The notes below the pieces were generated by a model that had not been told where the DNA came from, ran no database searches, and was given only the letters and a program-made list of their open reading frames with translations. 64,000 bases of DNA, taken from Nitrospiria bacterium (lineage in GTDB: Bacteria; Nitrospirota; Nitrospiria; Nitrospirales; NS-4). The stretch is from assembly GCA_041490525.1 (NCBI GenBank), contig JBGPTH010000017.1, positions 52 to 64,051 on the forward strand. Direction: 5' to 3'. A program made the translations under genes and the position numbers. Each line of letters opens with the position of its first letter. Position 1 is the stretch's first letter. Below, piece after piece: positions 8,743-18,102 of this stretch.

Positions 8743-9393
8743 TTACTTCTTCTCGGGCGGGTTGTGGCTGTCGATCTGCTTGCGGAGTTTGATGAGCTCG
8801 CGCTCGAGGGCTTCGAAGCGGTCCAGGACGGGGTCGGGGATGTTGGTGTGGTCCATCGTGACTTCCGGGAGGCGATCCCCCTCGGCCTTGATGATCCGGC
8901 CCGGCACCCCGATGACCGTCGAGTTCGCAGGGACCGACTTGAGGACGACGGAGTTGGCCCCGATCTTGACGTTGTCGCCGATCCGGATGCCCCCGAGGAT
9001 CTTGGCCCCCGCGCCGACCACGACGTGACTGCCCAACGTCGGATGGCGCTTGCCGCGCTCCTTGCCGGTGCCTCCCAGGGTGACGCCCTGAAAGAGCGTG
9101 ACGTGGTCGCCGATCTCGGCGGTCTCGCCGATGACGACCCCCATGCCGTGATCGATGAAGAAGCCGCGGCCGATCTTCGCGGCCGGATGGATCTCGATGC
9201 CCGTCAACAAGCGCGCGAGCTGGGAGATGACGCGGGGAATGAACGGGACGCCCCACGCGCGGAGCCGGTGCGCGATCCGATAGGCCAGCAGAGCATGAAA
9301 GCCCGCATAGGTGAGGACTACCTCCAGCTTGCTGGTCGCGGCCGGGTCGCGCTCGAAGACCACGGCCAGATCTTCCCGGATCGTCTTGAACAT
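8743..9393 (-). CDS. cysE: Serine O-acetyltransferase
   Basis: [46 protein letters not shown]. Start MFKTIRED at 9393. Confidence 0.96.
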   Translation of the reverse strand: MFKTIREDLAVVFERDPAATSKLEVVLTYAGFHALLAYRIAHRLRAWGVPFIPRVISQLARLLTGIEIHPAAKIGRGFFIDHGMGVVIGETAEIGDHVTLFQGVTLGGTGKERGKRHPTLGSHVVVGAGAKILGGIRIGDNVKIGANSVVLKSVPANSTVIGVPGRIIKAEGDRLPEVTMDHTNIPDPVLDRFEALERELIKLRKQIDSHNPPEKK

Positions 9394-9398
9394 GGCCT

Positions 9399-9875
9399 CT
9401 AGGAGATCCCCTCGAGCAGGCAGACCGCCTGCGCCGTCATCGCCTCTTCCCGCCCCACCGCGTCCTGCCCCTCCCCGCTTTTCACCTTGAGGTTGAGGCG
9501 CGCCGGCTCCATTCCCATCGCCTTGGCCAGCGCGTCCTTCATGGCGGGCAGGTGCGGGCCCAGCCGCGGGGCCTGAGCATTGAGCACCGCGTCCACATTC
9601 GCCACCCGAAAGCCTTTCCGGGCCATCAGGGAGACCACGCGCTCCAGGAGCGTCCGGCTCGGGATGTCCTTGTACTGCGGATCGGAAGCCGGAAAATGCG
9701 AGCCAAGATCCCCCTCCCCCATCGCGCCGAGGAGCGCATCGCATATCGCATGGGTGAGGACGTCTGCATCCGAGTGCCCGCTCAAGCCCTTCGCGTGCGG
9801 GATCTCGATCCCGCCCAAGACCAGCTTGCGCCCCGACACCAGGGGGTGGATGTCGTAGCCTATTCCGATTCGCAT
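9399..9875 (-). CDS. ispF: 2-C-methyl-D-erythritol 2,4-cyclodiphosphate synthase
   Basis: [37 protein letters not shown]. Confidence 0.96.
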   Translation of the reverse strand: MRIGIGYDIHPLVSGRKLVLGGIEIPHAKGLSGHSDADVLTHAICDALLGAMGEGDLGSHFPASDPQYKDIPSRTLLERVVSLMARKGFRVANVDAVLNAQAPRLGPHLPAMKDALAKAMGMEPARLNLKVKSGEGQDAVGREEAMTAQAVCLLEGIS

Positions 9876-9889
9876 AGCCTCGTCGTCGC

Positions 9890-9959
9890 TCGTTATACGT
9901 TATTCGTTAATCGTAAAAGATACCAGGCCTGCAACCGTTTAACGATTAACGATTAACGG
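9890..9959. repeat. Inverted heptamer arrays, cargo-free (4 + 3 units)
   Basis: TCGTTAT ACGTTAT TCGTTAA TCGTAAA, 21 bp spacer, TTAACGA TTAACGA TTAACGG. The ispD stop lies in the outermost unit. Confidence 0.9.
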
Positions 9960-10660
9960 TGCTGGCGTGAAGCCAGAATGGCTTCCGCCAGCACCAGGTC
10001 CTCCGGGGTCGTGATCTTGATGTTCTCCCAACTGCCCGGGACGATGCCGACGGGCTGGCCCAACCGCTCCACCAAAGCCGCATCATCGGTGGCGTGAATG
10101 TGATCCGCCAGCGCCTTCCCGTAGGCCTCCAGAAGAATCGCGCGCCGGAACGTCTGGGGGGTCTGCGCATGCCAGAGACCGGTGCGATCCAGGGTCCTCA
10201 GGATCAATCCGTCCGGCCCGACCTGCTTGGGAGTGTCCTTCATCGGAATGGCCACCACGGCCCCCCCGACCTTCCGGGCCATCTCGATGGAGCGTTCGAT
10301 GAGGTCTTCCGTCACGAACGGCCGGACCGCATCATGGATGACCACGATCTCGACATCGGCTCCGGTCTCCTGAAGCCCGTTCGAGACCGACTCCTGCCGG
10401 GTCGCGCCGCCGCCGACCACCTTCAGCACCTTCTTCACGCCGTACCGTTCGATCACCTCAGTCAGCGCGCGAGCGCGCTCCTCCTTGGGCACCACCAGGA
10501 TGACTTCCGCCACACTCGGGGACTGATCGAGGACCCGCAACGAATAGAGCATCATGGGCCACTCCCCCAGCATCCTGAATTGCTTGGGGGTCCCGCTTCC
10601 CATCCGCTTGCCGGCCCCGCCGGCCGGCACAATGGCCACCACCCGTCCCGCCGATTTCAT
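9953..10660 (-). CDS. ispD: 2-C-methyl-D-erythritol 4-phosphate cytidylyltransferase
   Basis: PAGGAGKRMG..PKQF, GGATRQESV, IHDAVRPF, AQTPQTF, TDDAALVE, NIKITTPEDL. Confidence 0.96.
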   Translation of the reverse strand: MKSAGRVVAIVPAGGAGKRMGSGTPKQFRMLGEWPMMLYSLRVLDQSPSVAEVILVVPKEERARALTEVIERYGVKKVLKVVGGGATRQESVSNGLQETGADVEIVVIHDAVRPFVTEDLIERSIEMARKVGGAVVAIPMKDTPKQVGPDGLILRTLDRTGLWHAQTPQTFRRAILLEAYGKALADHIHATDDAALVERLGQPVGIVPGSWENIKITTPEDLVLAEAILASRQHR

Positions 10661-10685
10661 CGCGCCACGCCTCCCGCTCCGCCGC

Positions 10686-11729
10686 TCACCCTCGGGCCAC
10701 CGTAAGGTCCGGGCTCTCCGTCTCCTCCTTCAGCCGGGTGAAGATCATGCGCCCGGCCTGGGTCTGCAGGACGCTGGTGACCACCACATTCACGTTGGAT
10801 CCGATGAACCGCTTGGCGTTGTCCACGACGATCATGGTCCCGTCGTCCAGATACGCCACGCCCTGGCCGGCCTCCTTCCCTTCCTTGAGGACGAAGACGC
10901 GGAGTTGTTCGCCCGGCAGCACGACCGGCTTGAGGGCGTTGCAGAGCTCATTGATGTTGAGCACCCGAACCCCCTGGAGTTCCGCGACCTTGCTCAAGTT
11001 CAGGTCGTTGGTGATCACCTTGGCGTTCATCTTCTTGGCCAGCATCACGATCTTGGAGTCCACCTCCTTGATGTGCGGGAAATCCTCCTCGATGACGTGC
11101 ACCTCGACGTCCACCATCTTTTGGATCTTGTTGAGCACGTCCAGGCCGCGCCGCCCCCGCCCGCGCTTGAGAGGATCCGACGAATCCGCGATATGCTGAA
11201 GCTCGAGCAGAATAAATTGGGGCAGGATAAAGGCCCCTTCTAAGAATCCGGTCTCGCAGAGATCCGCCACCCGCCCGTCGATGATGACGCTGGTATCGAG
11301 AATCTTATTGCTGATGTGGGCTGCAACGGCGGATCCGCCTCCCTCCGATAACTTGAGGACCCCGGCGGCTTCAAAGATTTTGCGCCCATAGATCAAGCCA
11401 AGATAGGGAAAGGCCGCCAGGAGCACGAATCCCAGGACGGGCACCGATTCGAGGCCCGGGACGGCAAATCCCACAGCCCACGACGCCAGCCCGGCCACGA
11501 ACAGGCCAGCCGCGAGGCCCGCGGCCCCTCCGAGGAGCACCCCCGGCTTGGCATGGCGGAGACCATATTCCACCCCGAGGACGACGCCGGCCACGAGCAG
11601 GCCGACTCCCGCCGCCCAGATCCATCCGCTTTCCTGGCCGAAGCCGTCGGAGAACAGGGCAAGACCAGCCACGATGCAGAGAATGACGAATGTCGCACGC
11701 GGCACCATACTGCTACCCCCTTTCGTCAT
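10686..11729 (-). CDS. YacL-like membrane PIN/TRAM-domain protein
   Basis: N-terminal TM helices; KILDTSVIIDGR, RGRRGLD, TNDLNL, GKEAGQGVAYLDDGTM, VTSVLQTQAGRMIF. Confidence 0.92.
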   Translation of the reverse strand: MTKGGSSMVPRATFVILCIVAGLALFSDGFGQESGWIWAAGVGLLVAGVVLGVEYGLRHAKPGVLLGGAAGLAAGLFVAGLASWAVGFAVPGLESVPVLGFVLLAAFPYLGLIYGRKIFEAAGVLKLSEGGGSAVAAHISNKILDTSVIIDGRVADLCETGFLEGAFILPQFILLELQHIADSSDPLKRGRGRRGLDVLNKIQKMVDVEVHVIEEDFPHIKEVDSKIVMLAKKMNAKVITNDLNLSKVAELQGVRVLNINELCNALKPVVLPGEQLRVFVLKEGKEAGQGVAYLDDGTMIVVDNAKRFIGSNVNVVVTSVLQTQAGRMIFTRLKEETESPDLTVARG

Positions 11730-11794
11730 GCGGCCATATTATCACACGACCGCGCGAATGCAGAAGAAGAGGAAAGCTATATAGGAACTAAAAT

Positions 11795-13333
11795 TTACGG
11801 CTTGATCGTGAGATAGGAGCTCCGGCCGTTGCGGAGCACCAGGACGAGGGCGGACTCCTTGGGGGCGAGCTCCTCCACGGCGCGCATGAAGTCCCGCTGG
11901 TTCGTGACATGCTTGCGATTGATCTCGATGATGACATCGCCGGCCTGGATTCCCGCCTCCTCGGCCGGGCTGCCGTCGGCGACACGGACCACGACGACGC
12001 CCCCCCGGTCATCGCGGGGAAGGTTGAAGCGGCGCGCCACCTCCGCGGTGAGGTCCCGCGCCTCCACGCCGGCGAAGGCGCCCGCCGAGCGGACCTCCTC
12101 GTCTTCCGGTTCCAGCTTGCCCCGGGCCATGGATTTCGGTTGTTCGGCGATCGTGGCCTCCGGCTCCAGCACCTTGCCGCTGCGGAGCAGCCTGATCCGG
12201 ACCTTCTTGCCGATTGCCGTCTGTGCCACCAGGTTCCGGAACTGGGTGGGGCTCTCGACCTGACGGCCGTCATACTCGAGGATCACGTCGCCCCGCTCCA
12301 GCTTGGCCCGTTTCGCCGGGCTGTCGGCCAGGACATCGCTGATCAGGACCCCCTTGCTTTCGGGCACGTTGAATTGCTTGGCGAGGTCCTGGGTCAGGTC
12401 CTGAATGGACACGCCGAGGTAGCCCCGGACGACCTTGCCCCCCTTGATCAACTGGTCCATCACGGACCGCACCATATTGCTGGGGACGGCGAACCCGATC
12501 CCCATGTATCCCCCGCTCTGGCTGAAGATGGCCGTGTTGACGCCGATCAGCTCCCCCCGCGCATTGACCAGCGCGCCGCCCGAGTTGCCCGGATTGATGG
12601 CCGCGTCGGTCTGAATGAAGTCCTCATACTCGGCGATCCCGACGTTGGCCCGGCCCACCGCACTGATGATCCCCATGGTCACGGTCTGGTTCAGCCCGAA
12701 GGGGTTGCCGATGGCCAAGACGTACTCCCCCACCTGGAGCTTGTCGGAATCGGCCCAGGGGATGGTCGGCAGGCTTTGCGCGTCCACCTTGATCACCGCG
12801 ATGTCCGTTTTTGGGTCGGTCCCCACGACCTTGGCCTTCAGCTCCCGCTTGTCCGAGAGCAGGACCTTGATCTCGTCCGCCTTCGCCACCACGTGGTTGT
12901 TCGTGATGATGTAGCCGCTGGGGTCCACGATCACGCCGGACCCCAGGCTGCGCTCGCGGCGGTCGCGGGGAGCCTCAAACCGGCGGAACAGCTCGTCCCC
13001 GAAGAACCGCCGGAAGAAGGGATCTTCGAAGGGGCCCAGGCCGTGCCCCTCCGGGAGCCGGCTGGTCCGGGTGGTGGCGATATTCACGACGGAGGGGGTG
13101 ACCGCCTTGGCCACCTCCACGAAATTCCGGTCGGAGCCGGCCGGCTGGGCCAACGAGACCGGCTGCGGCGCGCTGAGCGTGATTTGCGCCACCGGCGGTT
13201 CGGGCCCGACCCCGCTGACCGGCCGATACCCCAGGTCCGCCGCGGCGACCCAGCCGAGGACCATGCCCACCCCGACCAGGAGCAGGCCGCCGGCCACCGA
13301 TCTGCTGCCCCCTTTACTGAATAGTTCCGGCAT
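11795..13333 (-). CDS. DegP/DegQ (Do) serine protease with two PDZ domains
   Basis: GSGVIV, TNNHVV, DIAVIK, IQTDAAINPGNSGGAL and two PDZ segments. Start probably 13333. Confidence 0.93.
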   Translation of the reverse strand: MPELFSKGGSRSVAGGLLLVGVGMVLGWVAAADLGYRPVSGVGPEPPVAQITLSAPQPVSLAQPAGSDRNFVEVAKAVTPSVVNIATTRTSRLPEGHGLGPFEDPFFRRFFGDELFRRFEAPRDRRERSLGSGVIVDPSGYIITNNHVVAKADEIKVLLSDKRELKAKVVGTDPKTDIAVIKVDAQSLPTIPWADSDKLQVGEYVLAIGNPFGLNQTVTMGIISAVGRANVGIAEYEDFIQTDAAINPGNSGGALVNARGELIGVNTAIFSQSGGYMGIGFAVPSNMVRSVMDQLIKGGKVVRGYLGVSIQDLTQDLAKQFNVPESKGVLISDVLADSPAKRAKLERGDVILEYDGRQVESPTQFRNLVAQTAIGKKVRIRLLRSGKVLEPEATIAEQPKSMARGKLEPEDEEVRSAGAFAGVEARDLTAEVARRFNLPRDDRGGVVVVRVADGSPAEEAGIQAGDVIIEINRKHVTNQRDFMRAVEELAPKESALVLVLRNGRSSYLTIKP

Positions 13334-14243
13334 AAATCCCGGTGATGGTTCGAAGGAACTTGAGGGCATCCTCTTTTTTGCGCTGGAAGGAGTTGCGCCC
13401 CATGATGGACCCGAACCCGCCCCCGTCCCGGATGGCCCGGACTTCGTCGAAGAGGGCCTTGTCGTCCTCCTTGGTGGCCCCGCCGGAGAAGATCACGATG
13501 CGGCGTCCGTTGAAGGAGGATTGCACGACGTGCCGGACCCGATCGGCCAGGGTTTTGATCGGGACGTGCTGGGCCTCATAGACCTTCTTGGCGGCCGCCT
13601 GCTCCAGGTGATCGGTCGGCAGCTTGATCTTGATGATGTGGGCGCCCAGCTGGGCGGCGATCTGGGCCGCATAGGCGACGACATCGAGGGCGGTCTCGCC
13701 TTCCTTGCTGATCTGCGACCCCCGGGGGTAGGACCAGACGACGACGGCCAGCCCGTGGTCCTTGGCTTCCTGCATGATCTCGCGAAGCTGCTCGTACATG
13801 CCCTTGCAGTGGGCCGACGCGGGATAGATCGTGTAGCCCACGGCCGCACACCCCAGCCGCAGCGCGTCCCGCACGCTGCCCGTGACGGCCGGGACCGGGT
13901 CCTTATCCTCGTAAAGGGAATCGTGGTTGTTCAATTTGAGGATCAGCGGAATCTCCCCCGCGAACTCGGAAGCGCCCGCCTCCAGAAAGCCCAGCGGGGC
14001 GGCGTAGGCGTTGCAGCCCCCCTCGATGGCCAGCTCGAAGTGGTACCGGGGATCGTAGCCCGGAGGATTGACCGCGAAGCTCCGGGCCGGCCCGTGCTCG
14101 AAGCCCTGGTCCACGGGAAGGATCAGGCACTTGCCGGTCCCCTTCAGCGTGCCATGGTTCAGGATGCGCGCCAGGTTCGCTTTCACGCCGGCCTGCTCGC
14201 TACCGTACCAGCTCAGGATTTCTCGGACACGATTCGTCATCAT
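13314..14243 (-). CDS. fbaB: Class I fructose-bisphosphate aldolase (DhnA type)
   Basis: ILPVDQGFEHGPARSF, VVWSYPRG, LGAHIIKIKLP, GSIMGRNSFQR. Confidence 0.92.
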   Translation of the reverse strand: MMTNRVREILSWYGSEQAGVKANLARILNHGTLKGTGKCLILPVDQGFEHGPARSFAVNPPGYDPRYHFELAIEGGCNAYAAPLGFLEAGASEFAGEIPLILKLNNHDSLYEDKDPVPAVTGSVRDALRLGCAAVGYTIYPASAHCKGMYEQLREIMQEAKDHGLAVVVWSYPRGSQISKEGETALDVVAYAAQIAAQLGAHIIKIKLPTDHLEQAAAKKVYEAQHVPIKTLADRVRHVVQSSFNGRRIVIFSGGATKEDDKALFDEVRAIRDGGGFGSIMGRNSFQRKKEDALKFLRTITGIYAGTIQ

Positions 14244-14250
14244 CCCCCCC

Positions 14251-14330
14251 TCGTTATTCGTTATTCGTTAAACGTTAATCGTGAAACGGAACTCAAGATG
14301 TAATTACGATTAACGAATAACGTTTAACGA
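14251..14330. repeat. Inverted heptamer arrays, cargo-free (5 + 4 units)
   Basis: TCGTTAT TCGTTAT TCGTTAA ACGTTAA TCGTGAA, 17 bp spacer, ATTACGA TTAACGA ATAACGT TTAACGA. Confidence 0.9.
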
Positions 14331-14358
14331 TGACCGGTTCCCTTTCCCCGATTCACGC

Positions 14359-15363
14359 TTAACAAGTCCCACGAATGAAGGCCTCGGCCGTCCCCACGTC
14401 GTCCGGGCTCCCGATCAGAAGCGGCACCCGCTGATGCAGGGTCTTGGGTACGACCTCCATGATCCGCTCGGTTCCGGTGCCAGCCCGGCCTCCCGCCTGT
14501 TCCACGACCATCGCCAAGGGGTTGGCCTCGTATAGCAAGCGCAACTTTCCCTCCGGTTTGTCTTTTTCACCGGGATACAGGTAGATCCCACCGCCCAGGA
14601 GGATGCGGTGGACGTCCGCCACCAAGCAGCCTGAATACCGGAAGGTGTAGGGCCGCCCCGTGGCCTTGTCGGACTCCTTGAGATGGTCCACAAACCGCTG
14701 GGTGCCGGCCGGCCACTTGTGGTAATTCCCCTCGTTGGCACTGTACACCTTGCCCCTCGCGGGGACTCGGATCCCCTCGTGCGTCAAGAGGTATTCGCCG
14801 ATACCGGGTTCCAGCGTGAACCCATGCACCCCCTGCCCGGACGTGAAGACCAGCATGGTGCTCGACCCGTAAATCAGATAGCCGGCCGCCACCTGCTCCG
14901 TCCCCCGCCGGACCAGCTCCGACTCGGGTGGGAGCCCGCCCTTCCCATTATATCGGAGCACGGAGAAGATCGACCCCATCGGCATGTTGACGTCGGTGTT
15001 GGACGATCCGTCCAGCGGGTCGAACAGCAACATGTACTTCCCGTGCGGCCAGTTCTCGGAGAGGTGGACCGGCTTCTCCATCTCCTCCGAGGCCAGGGCG
15101 CAAACGAGTCCGCTGTAATGAAAGGCCTTGATGAACGTCTCATTCGCGCGCTCATCAAGCTTCTTGACGGCCTCCCCCTGGATGTTCGTCCCGCCGGTGG
15201 CGCCCAGGACATCGATCAAGCCGGCCTGCCGAAGGTCCTGCGCGATCATCTTGCCGGCCAACCCGATCTGGGCCAGCAAGGCCGAAAACTCCCCGGTCGC
15301 GGCGGGAAGCCCGGCCTGCGTCTCAATGATGAAGCGGGTCAGCGTAGTTCCCGTACGACTCAT
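14359..15363 (-). CDS. fbp: Class 1 fructose-1,6-bisphosphatase
   Basis: NIQGEAVKKLD, ASEE, FDPLDGSSNTDVN, RYSGCLVADVHRIL, GKLRLLYEANP. Start MSRTG at 15363. Confidence 0.95.
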   Translation of the reverse strand: MSRTGTTLTRFIIETQAGLPAATGEFSALLAQIGLAGKMIAQDLRQAGLIDVLGATGGTNIQGEAVKKLDERANETFIKAFHYSGLVCALASEEMEKPVHLSENWPHGKYMLLFDPLDGSSNTDVNMPMGSIFSVLRYNGKGGLPPESELVRRGTEQVAAGYLIYGSSTMLVFTSGQGVHGFTLEPGIGEYLLTHEGIRVPARGKVYSANEGNYHKWPAGTQRFVDHLKESDKATGRPYTFRYSGCLVADVHRILLGGGIYLYPGEKDKPEGKLRLLYEANPLAMVVEQAGGRAGTGTERIMEVVPKTLHQRVPLLIGSPDDVGTAEAFIRGTC

Positions 15364-15391
15364 GAAAGCGGGGTCCTCATCGAATGACGGA

Positions 15392-15420
15392 ATTATATCG
15401 GCTTTCCGCGGGCACGGCAA
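15392..15420 (-). promoter_or_regulatory. Putative sigma70 promoter upstream of fbp
   Basis: Minus strand TTGCCG, 17 bp, TATAAT. Confidence 0.6.
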
Positions 15421-15441
15421 CGACCAGGCCCCGGCTGGGGC

Positions 15442-16239
15442 TCAAGGTCTTGCCGTAAGTGTGATGCCGTTGACCGAGGCGAGCGTCGCCGTCACGGACC
15501 CGATGACGACCTTGGCTTTCATCAGAACCGGGACCCGGGCCGCATCGTCGGTCAGCCAGACGCGGATATTGCCTTCGTTCAGGAAGAGCCCCCGGAAGGG
15601 CATGATGACCAGGACACGGATAGTGTCGAATTCCCCGAGCGGCCCTTTCAGGCGCTCCTTGCCCTCGATGCGCGCCTCCAGCCGGTAATTTTTTTTATCG
15701 TGGAACACGTTGATAAACGACGACGAACCTACGTCGACTGTGCGGAGCGTCCGGAAGAGGTAGAGGCAGGAGAGGGTATCCTGGGCTTCGGGCGGGATGT
15801 CCATCGTCTCGGTGGCCCCGTCTTTCGTCACCGTCGCCCGATGGGCGACCTGATCGAACAGGACCTCGATGTCGTTTTTGCGTTTGCCCTCGCGCCGCTT
15901 GAAGAGGAGGCGGGTGGAATAGTTCCCTTGCTCGTCGAGCAGGGACTCGACGCGATTGTTGACCGGATAGAAGACCGAGATGAAATCATTCGACTGCGCG
16001 GTATGGACGACCTTGAGCACGGACCGCACGCCGACGGTCTGGCGCTCCGCAACCTCCATTACCGCAGTGCCGGCGGAGATGACCCCCCACCTCAGGTCGT
16101 AGGTAAGCCGCTCGCCGACGGTAAAGGGGGCGAGAGTGGGATCGGCCAGGCAGGGTGCCGCCAGCACCAGAACCCCCGCCGCGAGCGGGGCGAGGAACCG
16201 GACCGGCACGGAATGCCGTGGACCACTCTCTGCGCGCAT
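15442..16239 (-). CDS. DUF3108-family exported protein
   Basis: PFTVGERLTYDLRWGVISAG ... IRVWLTDDAARVPV; signal-like N-terminus. Confidence 0.75.
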   Translation of the reverse strand: MRAESGPRHSVPVRFLAPLAAGVLVLAAPCLADPTLAPFTVGERLTYDLRWGVISAGTAVMEVAERQTVGVRSVLKVVHTAQSNDFISVFYPVNNRVESLLDEQGNYSTRLLFKRREGKRKNDIEVLFDQVAHRATVTKDGATETMDIPPEAQDTLSCLYLFRTLRTVDVGSSSFINVFHDKKNYRLEARIEGKERLKGPLGEFDTIRVLVIMPFRGLFLNEGNIRVWLTDDAARVPVLMKAKVVIGSVTATLASVNGITLTARP

Positions 16240-16260
16240 CGGGATCAGCGCCGTTCACCC

Positions 16261-17625
16261 TCAGTGCGTGCCGGAAGACCCGCCGACATACTTCTTGACC
16301 TTGGATTCGACGACCTCCCGGATGCGACGCAACGCCTCCTCGGAGGTCGCCTCGAATCGCAAGACGAGCGCCGGCTGGGTGTTCGAGGCCCGAATCAGCC
16401 CCCACCCCTCGGGGAACAGCACGCGCACCCCGTCAATGTCGATGATCTTGTGCTCGCGGGCCAGTTCCTTCCGGGCTTCTTCCACCACCTGGAACTTGAC
16501 GGCGTCCGGGCAGTCCACTCGGATCTCCGGGGTCGCGATCGTCGGAGGCAGGTCGGCGAGCAGGGATGAGAGCGGACGCCCGGCCCTGGCCAGGATCTCC
16601 ACGAGCCGGCACGAGGCATAGACCGCATCGTCATACCCGAAGTACCGATCGGCGAAAAACATGTGGCCGGACATTTCTCCCGCCAGCACCGCATGCTCCT
16701 CCTTCATCTTGGCCTTGATGAGGGAGTGGCCGGTCTTCCACATGATGGGACGGCCGCCCCGCTTGGCCACGTCGTCGTAGAAGACTTGCGAGGCCTTGAC
16801 CTCGGAGATGATCGCGGCGCCTGGGTGGTCCTTCAGGATATCGCGGGCGTACAGCACCAGCAGCTTGTCCCCCCAGAGGATGTCCCCCTTTTCGTCCACG
16901 GCCCCGATGCGGTCCGCGTCCCCATCATAGGCGATCCCGACGTCGGCCTTCGTCTCGCGCACCTTGTGGATCACATCCTGGAGGTTGGCGACCACCGTGG
17001 GATCGGGATGATGGTTCGGGAATCGCCCGTCCACCTCGACGTACATGCCGGTCACCCGACATCCGAGCATGCGCAGGGACTCAGGTCCCACGAGCCCGCC
17101 CATGCCGTTGCCGCAATCCACGATGACGTGGAGGTGAGCGGCGTTGACGCCGGCGAAAGCCTTTTTCATGTAGGCCAGGTAATCCGGAATGATGGCGTGC
17201 TCGGAGACGGTCCCCCGTCCCTCCTCAAAACGGCCTTGTGCGATCTCACCTTCGAGAGCCTTGATGGCGGCGCCGTGGAGGGAGTCTCTCCCAAGACAGA
17301 GCTTGAACCCGTTGTACTCGGGAGGATTGTGGCTGGCCGTGATCATGACCCCCCCGCCCACGGGAAGGGTGAAGAGCGCGAAATACATCAGCGGGGTGGG
17401 ACAGACCCCGATATCCACCACGTCCAGGCCACAGCCTGTCAGGGATTTCAGGATGGCCTCCCGCATCGGCCCCGCGCTGGTCCGCCCGTCCCGCCCCACG
17501 GCCACCGCCTTGGCGCCCGCGCGGACCGCGGTGGACCCGTAAGCCCGCCCGATCTTCTCGGCCAATTCTACCGTGAGGTCGGTCCCGACCACGCCCCGGA
17601 TGTCGTACTCTCTGAAGATGGACAT
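16261..17625 (-). CDS. Phosphomannomutase/phosphoglucomutase (AlgC-like)
   Basis: IFREYDIRG, TASHNP, DGDADR, AGEMSGH, RASNTQP. Confidence 0.95.
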   Translation of the reverse strand: MSIFREYDIRGVVGTDLTVELAEKIGRAYGSTAVRAGAKAVAVGRDGRTSAGPMREAILKSLTGCGLDVVDIGVCPTPLMYFALFTLPVGGGVMITASHNPPEYNGFKLCLGRDSLHGAAIKALEGEIAQGRFEEGRGTVSEHAIIPDYLAYMKKAFAGVNAAHLHVIVDCGNGMGGLVGPESLRMLGCRVTGMYVEVDGRFPNHHPDPTVVANLQDVIHKVRETKADVGIAYDGDADRIGAVDEKGDILWGDKLLVLYARDILKDHPGAAIISEVKASQVFYDDVAKRGGRPIMWKTGHSLIKAKMKEEHAVLAGEMSGHMFFADRYFGYDDAVYASCRLVEILARAGRPLSSLLADLPPTIATPEIRVDCPDAVKFQVVEEARKELAREHKIIDIDGVRVLFPEGWGLIRASNTQPALVLRFEATSEEALRRIREVVESKVKKYVGGSSGTH

Positions 17626-17681
17626 TCGTTAATCGTTATACGTTAATCGTTATTCGTAAATCGTTATTCGTAAATCGTAGA
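17626..17681. repeat. Heptamer tandem array, left arm (8 units)
   Basis: TCGTTAA TCGTTAT ACGTTAA TCGTTAT TCGTAAA TCGTTAT TCGTAAA TCGTAGA; abuts the PMM start codon. Confidence 0.92.
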
Positions 17682-18078
17682 CTAAAGTTCAGTATCTTTG
17701 GCCTTGACTAGATAACGTATAAAACCATTGACGAGCGAAATAGCTCGGAGTGTCCGCTCGCAGTACTTTTGAAATGAATCTTTATCAAAAAATTCCAGCA
17801 TCAAAACCCACAGTCAGGTGGTCAATGACTTCGAACAAGGACCCTCGTGCGTGGCGGACAAACTGAATATTCTCCTGATAATGAAACCTGCCGTAGCCCT
17901 CGGCAATATTTGCGGTCACCGATCTGGCCGCACGAATCAACTGATCAGAAAGACGATACCGCTCTTCAGGAGGAAAGGTTCTCGTCAGATCTGAAATCTC
18001 TTTCCTAAGATCCCTGCAAACAGTCCAAACCTCTAAGTCCTCAAATGTCCTAACTGTCCTCTCGGTCTTGTCAGCCAT
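17682..18078 (-). pseudogene. Four-helix-bundle protein (23S rRNA IVS protein / Avd-like family), frameshifted in a T6 run
   Basis: FEDLEVW, FPPEERYRLSDQLIRAARSVTANIAEGYGR, ARGSLFE. The ORF stops at 17785; deleting one A from 17787-17792 restores IFDKDSFQKYCERTLRAISLVNGFIRYLVKAKDTEL* (131 aa). Confidence 0.88.
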
Positions 18079-18102
18079 ATTTCATCAGACACCGGAACCT
18101 CC

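Noticed and set aside
8573-9256. Long N-terminal extensions on the thioredoxin-like gene (8012-9256), cysE (to 9744) and the methyltransferase (to 56129)
   Set aside because: They overlap upstream genes or repeats in other frames; family motifs begin at the downstream ATGs.
17626-17681. Heptamer arrays as a CRISPR array
   Set aside because: Units are 7 nt and contiguous with no unique spacers; no cas genes in the window.
17682-18078. Diversity-generating retroelement (Avd-like gene)
   Set aside because: No reverse transcriptase and no TR/VR pair differing at adenines. The GT2 paralogues differ at all base types.
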